Assembly: GCA_039545335.1 (NCBI GenBank)
Contig: BCIN01000006.1
Location: 1,358,943-1,378,942 of the forward strand
Source of the DNA: Kondoa subrosea
Lineage: Eukaryota
Length of the DNA: 20,000 nt
Direction: 5' to 3'
Below the pieces are notes generated by a model that was not told the origin of the DNA, did no database searches, and saw nothing but the letters and a program-made list of their open reading frames with translations. Positions 1-9,481 of the stretch are shown piece after piece (position 1 is the first letter of the stretch; each line of letters starts with the position of its first letter). Made by a program: the position numbers and the translations under genes.

Positions 1-688
1 AAGGACAAAACCGTGATGCTAGTCGATGGTGAGTTTGTATCAGCGGTGTGTCAGTAGCAATCACCTAACCGGCATTTCTTGTGCAGATTCCATTGTTCGG
101 GGAACGACTTCCAAGGAGATTGTACAAATGGCAAGGGATGCAGGGGCTAGGAAGGTCATCGTGGCTTCGTGTGCGCCTCCAATCAGGTAAGCTCTTTCAC
201 AAACCAAATCCACCCTTTGATGATTTACTTGAGCCAGATTTTCCAATGTGTATGGTATCGATATGCCTTCGCGACAGGAACTGGTTGCCCATGGCAGAAC
301 TGAAGCAGAAGTATGCCTGCATATTGGTGCCGACCTTGTGGTATATCAAACGCTGCCAGACCTGGTCGCCGCTTGCACTAATCTCAATCCGTCTATTGAA
401 CATTTCGACTGCTCTGTCTTCACAGGCGAATATATAACCGGAGGAGTTGATGCCGATTATCTTGCGCACGTGGAGCAGTTGCGCAACGACAAAGCGAAAG
501 CCAGAGTTGAGTCTGGCGGCGACACCCTGGGCAACACAAGCGACACTACCGATTACGGTTGCAGTGGGCCTATGAACGGTGCTGACAGTCTGATAGGCTT
601 GGCGCCCAGTCTCGAGGGATCGCGTAAATCAAGCGAAACAAAGGATCAAATGGGGCTATCTAATGCGCAATTAATAGCGAATTCATAA
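1..688 (+). CDS. ADE4: Amidophosphoribosyltransferase, 3' part (5'-truncated by window); exons 1-28, 87-186, 238-688
   Basis: Splicing GT-AG introns 29-86 and 187-237 gives [54 protein letters not shown]...[10 protein letters not shown]. This contains the PRPP-binding motif [10 protein letters not shown] and the YGIDMP motif of PurF/Ade4. Stop TAA at 686-688. Confidence 0.97.
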
Positions 689-757
689 TAGCTTTTCGTG
701 TCAGAATGCTAGCATAGTACGAACAGCGTTGTGTGAGACAAGACCGTCCTGCAATGG

Positions 758-1428
758 TCACGCGTCGTTGTCTGAGTCCTCCGTTGGTGGTCTTTCCCCT
801 CTCCTGCTCTGCACTGCGGCAGCCAAATGCTCCATGTTGCTTTCTTGTGCAAGACTACGTTCCTTAGCGAGTCGTAGGCCTAAGGATAGACTGAGAAAGA
901 AAATCAGGCTTTAATGTATATAGATTCTTACGTATCATTTGGGCGATTGCAGCTTGCGTTTGAGTCTCCAATTTGACGGTCTTGCTTTCAACTTGGCGCT
1001 TCAGATCCCAATTTGGCTTGCGCGGTTGAATGCTGAGCAAATCCTGCCCTAAGCGATGAGAAACCTTGTCCAAAATGTATCGTAGCCAGCAGGCTTTTCG
1101 AGGCTCACCAGATCTGCCGCACGTTTGATAGTATCTGTTGCTATGATGCTACTATATAGCCCATGAACTTGCTTCTCGACTGTCCCCATTTCATCATGCG
1201 AGTTGTGCGCTCTTGCTTGGCCTGTAGCGACATCGAAATTGCGATGTCCAATCTGTGCACTGTAACTTGTGGGCCTATTGCTGAGGAATGGCGAAAGGGC
1301 TCTTACCTGTTCTGGCCAGGCTCAAAGTCTATGGGTTCTGCGCTGTCTGTCTTGGAATCTCGCTGACGTCGGAGCTCTCTGAGTTTTGTTTTCCTTGCTG
1401 CTGCAGTGTCTTCCAGAAGGGTAGCCAT
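758..1428 (-). CDS. CWF18: Cwf18/CCDC12 family pre-mRNA splicing factor; exons 1428-1307, 1259-1109, 1043-932, 879-758
   Basis: Three GT-AG introns join MATLLEDTAAARKTKLRELR..IGHRNFD..DLDLLSIQPRKPNWDLKRQVESKTVKLETQTQAAIAQMIRLRL..SDNDA*. The motifs PRKPNWDLKR and RNFD are diagnostic for cwf18. Confidence 0.92.
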
Positions 1429-1578
1429 CGTTGACGAGTATCAAGATATCAAGCAATATAATGTTTGCAAATGTTTTCAAGTTCAACTGTTTTTGTCTTT
1501 TCGCATACCACGAGTATACCACGATTGCTTTGATCCAGGCGACTGGCGCTGACTGGCGCCATCCATCGGCCGCTGAGA
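1429..1578. promoter_or_regulatory. Compact bidirectional promoter between CWF18 and SEN34
   Basis: Head-to-head ATGs at 1428 (-) and 1579 (+) are separated by 150 bp. The spacer contains tandem GACTGGCGC at 1541-1549 and 1551-1559. Confidence 0.6.
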
Positions 1579-2580
1579 ATGACAGCACCCATATCAGTAG
1601 CAGTAGTGAACAAGAATGGCTATGTCTGGGATCCTCACGGTAAGAGAGTACACAATAGGGACGGATATGGACTGACAAGCTAGATGTCCGCCGGCTGCGT
1701 GAGATGCATCACGTTTGCGGTCTTCTACTTGGGACCTTGCCTCAAGTCGCACAGCAAAATGTGTTTCTCGGACTGCCCCTTTTGCTGTTGCCAGAGGAGT
1801 GTTCTGTGATGGCCGAAAACGGTGTGTTGTCTCAGTCGTAGTATCATCGAAGTATGTTTACGTCGTGCTCATAGGTGTCATACAGATGATTGAGGACCTA
1901 TCAGCGCACAGGAATGCCTCAGTAGAAGAGCAACGCCAATGGCGTACCGATCGACTCTTCAACATCAGCGAACAGCACTTGCAGTCGGCTTTGCATGTTA
2001 GTAGACAGAACAAACTAAACGTCAGCCTCCTCCAACATAAGAAAATCCCAACTGGCAGAACGGAAGCGTCAGAGAAGGCGGCGGATGAACCCATTGCGGA
2101 CTGGTATAAGCGGGCCGCAATTTTTAACGTGAAGATAGCGGGCGCTTCATCTCACTTGCCGTGGTATAGGCCGTCCCGCTGCAACGCAGTACAAAATTCC
2201 TCAGCTTGTGAAGGACGCCAATTGGCATCAGTCAAGACGGCTGAGCACCAGGTTTTTGTGGATCTTTGGACCAAGAAATTTTATCTTGGTGACGGTCTTA
2301 AATTTGGGGGCGAAATGCTCGTATATCCTGGTCCGTATTTGTACCAAATTCTGGCGAGGTGGACTTGATCGCTGCTGTAATCGTAGGTGACCCTCTCCGC
2401 TTCCACTCACACTTTTCCACGACTGTGCTTGTGACTGCGCTCACCTACGTCTCCCCACTCTCACTTGTCGCAAGCGGTCGTTTGGCCACAGGCGTGAAAA
2501 AGGCTCACCTTCTCTGCTGTGTTGTCGATGACACTGGAGTAATCTCGTATCTGTCGCTGGAATGGGCTGGAATGGGCTAG
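1579..2580 (+). CDS. SEN34: tRNA-splicing endonuclease catalytic subunit Sen34; introns about 1640-1683, 1822-1873, 2331-2386
   Basis: The spliced product has GYVWDP.DVRRLRE.HHVCGLLLGTLPQVAQQNVFLGLPLLLLPEE at the N-terminus. The C-terminus is [22 protein letters not shown]...GRLATGVKKAHLL...LEWAGMG*, with the Tyr/His/Lys catalytic triad present. Confidence 0.96.
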
Positions 2581-2696
2581 AAAATGAATAGCACGACGTA
2601 TAAAAATTGAATGTTCGAAAGAAACAAATAGATACAAGTAAGCATTGGTCACACGCTCGTCACGGAGTCCGTGAACACTGCTCGAGAGCCCTGCAC

Positions 2697-4720
2697 TTAC
2701 ATCTGCGAAACATTGGTCATCTGGCGATAGTGTTTGAGTTGGAAGGATAAGATACTTAGACAACTAACCTTCTTGCGCTTCTTTGCCGGCTCCTTATCGC
2801 CTGTGTTTGCGGAAGTCGATTCCTCCACTAATTTGGCGGCTGCTTTGGCTCTGCGACGCACTAAGAAATTGCTCGGAAGGGCCTGTCAATAGCTAGACAC
2901 ACGCTTTTTTCTCCGCCTTTCGCAACTTGCGAGCAGACTCTGCATCTTCAGTCGGAACGACGTGCTCCGCCGTCGCCACATCATTCGCGCTTTCTTCATT
3001 GGCTTGGACCGAAGAATCCATAACTCCTGCTTTTCTCTTTTTGCTCGCCTGCTCTGATTGGTTCAAAGCATCAACCGTTCCTGACGCTTGACTGGGTTGC
3101 TGTGATTCTGTAAGCAGCCCAGTGCTTGCGGACTTTGAAGAAAATCAGAACACAGAGTGCACTGCGACAGCATACGCGTACTGTTGCAGGACCGACTTGC
3201 TCCGAATAGTCGACGTAGGTCTTATTCCAGGATTCCGGCGTCTTGCCAGGAAGAGGTTTACCGTGCTTGTCAAGTGTTCCTGCAGCTACCATCTTCTTCT
3301 TCTCCTGTGCGCGTGGACCTAGACCCCATTTCCGTGGATAGATATCTATAGATTGTTGAGCTAAACAGTGCTTTAGGGCTTCATGCATACCTCGGTCCAT
3401 GATACATCTTTTGATGGTAGCCACTACTCCGTGATCACAAGTAGCGAGATCTACAGTTGTCATCTGAGGAATATGTCAACCCGTAACCAGAATGACAGGG
3501 TCAGAAGAGCCTACCTGAGCGATGCCCACGGCAATAGCTTCGCCTTTGGTGGTCATCAAAACAATCTCTTCGTAAAGCTCGATGCCCTCCTCTAGGACAG
3601 GCTTTAGTCTTGGGGCTCTTAATAAAATTAGCATCCGTACCGTATCTGAGCAACCCTGGAATCATTAGTCTTGCCCCATAAGTGATGGCATTGACTGCTG
3701 AATCCTGTTTATGAGCAACATCCATCAATGGGCTTCTTCTCGTCGTGGCTACGACCCTGACACCGCACCTTAACAACAACTCTCTTGTAACCGATTAGTA
3801 AGGATTCCAACGGGCGGATTACTCTTCGCAAGTACGATTCTTGTATGAACGATGAGCAAAACATCCAGAATAAGAGTGGAACAGAAGCGAGACGCACCAT
3901 CCCTGCTAGTATCGTATAGCCATTGTGCATCCAGTACATCATGCATTGTAACAATGTCATCATTTTCGCTCAGCGCACCCGAGCGGACTCTTCGCAGCTC
4001 TTGCATATGCCCGCCCACCCCTAATAAGAGTCCAAGATGTACGCATAGTGTTCTGATGTAGGTACCAGCCTCGCAGGATACCCAGAAGACTGCCAGATGC
4101 CGGGAGTTATCGAATTCGATGAGTTTTGATTCGTAAATGGTACGGACACGGAGTTGCCTCTTAACTGCTGAGATGAGAGGTGGTCGTTGAAAGAGCGCGC
4201 CAGTCAGCGTCTCGAGCGCTCGAGCCAACATAGCTTCATTGGGCAGAGAATCGTGCAGCCGCAAAACGCAAACGTATTCCTTCCCGGCGCTTTGTTGAGA
4301 TTTCACCAAGCGAGTTGCACGATCCACGCAGACTGTCAGACATCCTGTTACTTTTGGATCGAGCGTCCCAGAGTGGCCGGTTTTTTCACATTTGAGGATT
4401 CGGCGGATCCAAGCGACAACTTCATGTGATGATGGGTTAGAAGGCTTGTCCAGGTTGATGACGCCAGTTCTACGAGTCGTCTGTGTTAGCACTGCAAAAG
4501 CCACCCGCAAAAGGACCGACTTGACATAGGAGGCTAGATCGCGCTTCATTGGAGAAGCGCCAGCAGGTATGGGCGTGTAGTGAGCAGATCTGATGAGTAG
4601 CTTGTCATAATTCTTTAGCAGCAAAGGCCAAGTAGAAGTATCAAGCTTTGGTGTAAAAGACGCAGACTTGAGGATGTAATCGCTTTGGTCGGCTTCAGTC
4701 TGCTGGCTTGTCTCGTGCAT
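2697..4720 (-). CDS. CBF5: H/ACA snoRNP pseudouridine synthase Cbf5/dyskerin; nine introns; alternative in-frame start at 4759
   Basis: Motifs [45 protein letters not shown] (catalytic Asp), [13 protein letters not shown] and the PUA region [17 protein letters not shown] / [18 protein letters not shown]. Lys-rich tail. First intron 4520-4470, last 2768-2703, stop TAA 2699-2697. Confidence 0.97.
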
Positions 4721-4778
4721 TAGATAGGAAGTCGCCGGATCTCTGCTCTCTTGTCTCATGCCTTGCCCGAAATGGTCT

Positions 4779-4806
4779 GAGAGAGAGAGAGAGAGGAAGA
4801 GAGAGA
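4779..4806. repeat. (GA)n/(TC)n microsatellite upstream of CBF5
   Basis: GAGAGAGAGAGAGAGAGGAAGAGAGAGA read directly. It is a CT-rich tract on the CBF5 sense strand. Confidence 0.85.
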
Positions 4807-6242
4807 AAATTTCTTCGTCGCCCTAATAGAGAAGCCAACAGATGCCTTGCCCGCTCTTCTTCACCTGTGTCCCTACGCCTGTACCACCATCTGTCGGGCG
4901 CGCCCCCAGGACTATGGGTAACACCCGCAAGGCCTGCCCGTGTCAAGAGTTATCCGTGATTCTCAGCCTAACTAAATCATTTAGAGAGCGCCTCATTGCA
5001 GATTGCTCTGGTGAATCTTATCAAACGTGGTTGTCTTCATCTGGAGCTTCACAGGAATTTTCGGTATATGGGTCAGCAACTGCAGTTGTCAGATAATGCT
5101 GTACCGTTTCTCCTCTTCTTTATCTCTTCTCGATTACTCTTACCTGGTCACAAATGTTGAGACTACACTGGATTGCATGCGCACGCGAAAGTGGAATAAC
5201 ATGGCGGAAAAAAGTTATGGAAAGCGTGGGCGAGGGCGTGTCCATCGCTTCTGAGCTTTTTGCTGAGTGGATACTTTACCAATGACCTGGCGAAGAGAGA
5301 AGGGATGCATGGTCTGCGGCGAATATGTTGCCAGAGACCATTACACTGTTCCTTCTTGGCCAATTGGATGTCTATAGGCCTGAGAGGCGCTGCCGGTCTG
5401 AGTATAGATTGTGCTATGCCATGAATGCATGTTCGCTAGTTTTCATGTCGTGAGCTCTTCGAAGCTTCGGCGTAACAACTCGGATCATCCATATGGCATG
5501 TGCAGTCAAGTGTCTCACACAAAAGCTGTCGAATGCAGTAGAGGCAAGATCTCGCAAGAAACATTAGACAAGGTAAGTGCATATATCCAGGGACAGATTG
5601 AGGTAGAAACCGGAAAATGCGCATAGCCCTTCAAGCACGCAAGGACTCGGATTTCTTTTGCTCAACTCGTGCACGCTCCACCGCACGCGGCGAGTATCGC
5701 TTGTACAGGGCTGATAGAAAGCAGATTCGACCACAGCTTGTCTAGCAAAGAGAATGGAAATAATGCTCTTCAAACGAGATATCGATAGCATGCAGAAGAC
5801 GCCTACCCTACCTACTTAGTGAGTGAGACATGCCGCCAAAAGCATCAACCATATTATACCTTCCATCACTCCGCCTCCGAAACGGCTTCGTCCTAAAACG
5901 GAGAACTTTAACCTTTACAAGAGCTTAAAGCAAAATGACTCACCTCATCAACGTTGAAGAATTTGAGTTGATAGGTGTTTTTGTCAGAGGCGACAACGCG
6001 TAACCATTCTCGCATGGAGTCTGAAAAAACTGTTATTCCTGGCTATGACAGAGAAGAATGTTCAGCTTACTTTTCTTCAAGTATTTCTTGGTCAAATACT
6101 TCAGATATCTCTTAGACACCGGTACAGTAGAAGAGACAGCTAGTTTGCCGGTACCTATAAACATTAATCAACATTAATCAGATTGCAGAAAATTAAAGAA
6201 GCTTGATAGCAGGTTCTCACTCTCTCTCGACAGTTTGATCTT

Positions 6243-7930
6243 ATCACCAAGCTGTCCTGATCTGCCATCGACTTTAATTCGGTCCTGCATGACTAGAAAA
6301 TCAAAGTGAGAAAAATCGATTCAGGAAAGTTATCCAAGTACACTTTTCAAAGGCCGCAGCATCAAAGATCTTATCGTTGGCGGGAATAGAGTAGTCAATG
6401 TAAAAGGTGTTGGCGCCAGCCGAAGACCCTTTGGCGGATTTGGCCGATTTCTTGGGAGTCTGCAATACAGAGGTCTACTGAGTTACAGCAAAACATGTAT
6501 CCGTCAGGAATAGGCGCACAGCTACTACGATCGAAGAAGACATCTTTTTTCCTTTCTTGGGAATGGCAGTCAAGAATGAACCAAACTTTTTCTTGCACCT
6601 ATGATCAGCGGTTCGGCGGTGCCAAATTTTTGTTGGGCACCATATTACAAGGCACATCCCCTGCTTGCACCCTCTGTGTCTAGTCTTGAATGATGAAACG
6701 ACACTACTGAAAGCGCACCTTACTGGCGTCGTGCACCAATTCGGTCATAAGCTCAAAGCTGGACAAACATTTGGATCAATATTATCAGTATTCGGATCTC
6801 TAATAGCTTCAGAACAGCAGAGGCATCATGATGTGGGCTTATTGCAGATCTCAATTGTCTTGTTGAAGTAAAGTGCTCTATCAGTGGTAAAATGGCGCGC
6901 CTGAAAATTCTCGGGGGGATCGAATCCTACCATTCTAATTTCTTGCCATCACTGTTTCGTGCGACTGGACAACTGCATATTCGAACATTGGCTCGGGCTG
7001 CAGAATATCAAGACCGCGATGTGTCGAAACCAGTCCCGGCAGCCGTGTTCGCGCAATATGCGCATTACAAATGTACCGCACCAGAGCACGAGACCATGTC
7101 GTCCTGTCTGAAGTGGGCAAGTTCTACGAAGTATCACTATTATTTTGAAGCACGAGTCTGTCTAACTCTTTATTCACGGACATATGGGCAGACGCCCAAG
7201 CATCTGGCCGAGAGACTCAATCTGTCTTTAATCGAAGCTAAGGGCGAAAAACAGCAGGTTGAATGCGGTTTTCCTACTGGTCAGCTTGTTCGCCAGATGA
7301 AGTTGCTTGTTGGTCAGAAGAAGGAGAAGGTCGCTTTGTACGAATCTTACCAAAGTAGTCCGATGGAATCTGCAAGCCTTGAACGTCGCCTACATCGCAT
7401 TTTCGCACCCGGTACCCTCGGAATTCACTTCGCAGGACCCATTAACAACAAGTGCCTGGTGCTAATCACCGAGATCAAAGAGAACTCCGATGAGATGCCG
7501 TCGGTTCTCTACGACGATGTCTGGATAGCCGACTTGCACAAGATCGTTCGCACACTATGTCGGAATAGGTTTAGCTGGAGCTCAAGCACCCAGCGGGAAT
7601 GTTTATGCTGTCACCAATCTGGAAAGTTCACGTCGTCCTTATATGCTACAAGGAAGGCCCAAGAAGTCGTCTTCGATGTCAGCGGACATCCAGAGGGTCT
7701 GCTAGGGTGCGATGCTCGCAAATTGCTCAGAACTTGCCGTTATAAATGTCCAGCTCGCCTGCTTCTTTGCACCGAAGACAACTTACTCAACGGCATGCTT
7801 CAGCCGTTCCTTGATGACTGTGAAAACGCGACAAGCCACCACCATCCACGGCGAGACTAGCGAAGTCCACACGCAGATACAGTCTCTGTTATTAGTATAG
7901 TTGTTTCCCTATGTGCAGCGTGCAGCGTTC
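6243..7930 (+). pseudogene. MEC1: Heavily deleted relic of an ATR/Mec1/Rad3-type PIKK gene (probably extends upstream toward ~4900)
   Basis: Colinear peptide resemblances to recalled fungal ATR consensus. LADLADFLGVCNTEVY*VTAKHV (6431-6499). UME-like LLKAHLTGVVHQF..SILSVFGSLI..LLQISIVLLK*SAL (6704-6880). Within ORF 6892-7860: LKILGGIES, FLPSLFRAT, IRTLARAA, KYHYYF, CLTLYSRTYGQTPK, RIFAPGTLGIHF, ITEIKENSDEMPSV, DDVWIADLHKIV and EDNLLNGMLQPFLDD. Then FATC-like EVHTQIQSLL (7862-7891, other frame). In-frame stops, frameshifts and no catalytic loop. By-eye alignment only. Confidence 0.6.
6892..7860 (+). CDS. 322-aa uninterrupted ORF within the ATR-like relic (FAT/kinase-derived, catalytically dead); expression unknown
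   Basis: ATG at 6892 and TAG at 7858-7860. 322 stop-free codons are very unlikely in random sequence. No GLGDRH or DF kinase motifs. Confidence 0.4.
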   Translation: MARLKILGGIESYHSNFLPSLFRATGQLHIRTLARAAEYQDRDVSKPVPAAVFAQYAHYKCTAPEHETMSSCLKWASSTKYHYYFEARVCLTLYSRTYGQTPKHLAERLNLSLIEAKGEKQQVECGFPTGQLVRQMKLLVGQKKEKVALYESYQSSPMESASLERRLHRIFAPGTLGIHFAGPINNKCLVLITEIKENSDEMPSVLYDDVWIADLHKIVRTLCRNRFSWSSSTQRECLCCHQSGKFTSSLYATRKAQEVVFDVSGHPEGLLGCDARKLLRTCRYKCPARLLLCTEDNLLNGMLQPFLDDCENATSHHHPRRD

Positions 7931-7950
7931 GGTGCCAACATGATACGTTG

Positions 7951-8094
7951 CCCTTGCGGTCTAAAATGCGGTCGCTTCCGTTCTCCCCGCATTTTCGAGC
8001 TCATTAAACGGAAAGCGTTTTCTTCCAAGTAACCAAGTTTTTCGGCCGCGGTCCGTTCCCGCTGCCTCGCTTCCGTTCCTACGTGGCATCTCTA
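7951..8094 (-). mobile_element. Probable terminal fragment of a hAT-like DNA transposon or MITE
   Basis: The minus strand reads TAGAGATGCCACGTAGGAACGGAAGCG, a TAGNG-type hAT terminus at 8094-8084. Four AACGG/CCGTT subterminal motifs, CGCTTCCGTT twice, and the inverted repeat AAAATGCGG (7963-7971) / CCGCATTTT (7987-7995). No TSD-validated partner end. Confidence 0.45.
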
Positions 8095-8121
8095 TTGAAT
8101 AGTCTTAATTCTAAGAATTGT

Positions 8122-9338
8122 TTACAAAGAATTGTTGAAATAGTAATCCATCAGCAGCCCTAGCCAAATTAATCCCCCCACCTCCCTGTTGCTGCAAAAC
8201 CGGTGCCAGCAACTGGTTGTCGATGCCAGTTGCACGGTCGACAATTGCCAGGCTAAATGTATTGCGCTTCCAGCTACGCTAACGAGCCAGAACGCCAGGC
8301 CGGCTCCGTTAGCGGAACCAGCAAGTCCCAGGCCAGCCAAGAACAGGGAACCAAAACAAGCGAGGATGGGCTTGGTTTGATGTTTGAACAGGAGAGCTGT
8401 AGATTTCACTCCTACTGCAATATCATCATCCTTGTCCTGATGCGCGTAGATGGTATCGTAAAAGATTGTCCAAGCGACGGAACCAAAGTACAACGGTAGG
8501 TATATCAGAGGATCAAGAGCGCCGACGATAGCCATCGGACCGAGGAGAGCACCCCAGTTGAACGCAAATCCTGTAGAGTGTAAGTAACAGATTTAGCTGA
8601 GACTGCTCTCCGGTACTGCCAAAGAACACACCAAGAATTGCTTGAGGCCAATAAGTTATGCGTTTCATGAGAGGATACATTACGACCAACAAAAGAGAGG
8701 CAGATCCTAGTATGATACTATTGACTCCATAAATATCCATTGTCTCGAGCAATGTCTCGAAGAAATGTCCAACAAAAGGCCTGACCTTTGATAATTTAGT
8801 TGCGTTAGTATACCGAGGCCAACAGAGAGCTGCAATGCCAAAAAGGATACCGCGCGAAATGGCGTGATCTTGCCAGCTGCGATGGGTCTCATCTTTGTAC
8901 GATCTGCCAGACAAGGAGTCAGCAGGTTGAAGCGTACTGATCATATACTACTCGCCAACTCGACTGTCGATCTTGCGATCCCACAAATCGTTAATAGTAC
9001 AACCAGCTCCGCGCATTACAACTGCGCCGCTTCCGAAAAGGAACAAATACCAGGCCAGGCCGCTCGGACTGACAGCGTTTGATGTGGAAGCCATTGTCAA
9101 CGACCAGGCTTGCGACTAGCTCGATAAGCGCGTGCTTGCTGCAAAGCTTGACAGAAGACTGACCGCACGGCCAATATAGCAACCACGTGCCTATAGGTTT
9201 GTCCAAGCGAGCCAATTGGACATAGGAATTGTTGCGGAAAGCAGAGATTTGGCGCGCCGTAAAGAGAGAGCGCCGATGAAACCGGTCGAGGCCATAAGTC
9301 GCTTGACGTTGACAGGACGCGGTGCGCAGAATCCACAT
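8122..9338 (-). CDS. COQ2: 4-hydroxybenzoate polyprenyltransferase (UbiA family), mitochondrial; four introns
   Basis: Spliced motifs [80 protein letters not shown] and [29 protein letters not shown]. Arg/Ser-rich presequence-like N-terminus. Confidence 0.97.
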
Positions 9339-9481
9339 ATTGGTCGTTGTTAGGCAAATCTTTGATGTTTCGTATATAGAATCATTCCCTGAAACCTACG
9401 GTTCTCTTGACCCTTACCAACGATTCGCTCCTGTCAAGCACTGGACGCGCAAGCACGCATTCTAGTCTCGCATAGCTAGCC
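9339..9481. promoter_or_regulatory. Compact bidirectional promoter between COQ2 and MYO2
   Basis: Head-to-head ATGs at 9338 (-) and 9482 (+) are separated by 143 bp. Confidence 0.55.

Noticed and set aside
2556..2580. GCTGGAATGG tandem repeat at the end of SEN34
   Set aside because: It encodes the family-typical EWAGMG terminus and is coincidental.
4842..6240. Short ORFs and the strong donor AAG|GTAAGT at about 5573 as an independent gene
   Set aside because: No stop-free spliced model could be built. More likely the eroded 5' part of the relic, but not alignable by eye.
6240..6660. RIP-like C-to-T origin of the stops in the relic
   Set aside because: All stop codons start with T and their density is near random expectation. 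Cannot be supported without an ancestral alignment.
6892..7860. ORF as an endogenous viral gene, transposase or PCI-domain protein (YSRTY..HLAERLNLS)
   Set aside because: No RdRp, capsid or DDE motifs recognised. The PCI likeness is a single short patch, whereas the ATR-like blocks are numerous and colinear.
7901..7930. LFPYVQRAAF as the FATC terminal motif (MYxGWxxF)
   Set aside because: The position fits, but it overlaps a 7-nt tandem duplication and lacks the invariant GW, so it is not counted as evidence.
4825..8096. AATAGAGAAGCCA (4825-4837) and TGGCATCTCTATT (8084-8096) as TIRs of a 3.3-kb DNA transposon carrying the 322-aa ORF
   Set aside because: 12/13 match, but the 8-bp flanks differ (CGCCCTAA versus TTGAATAG), the left end lacks the AACGG repeats, and the ORF shows no transposase motifs.
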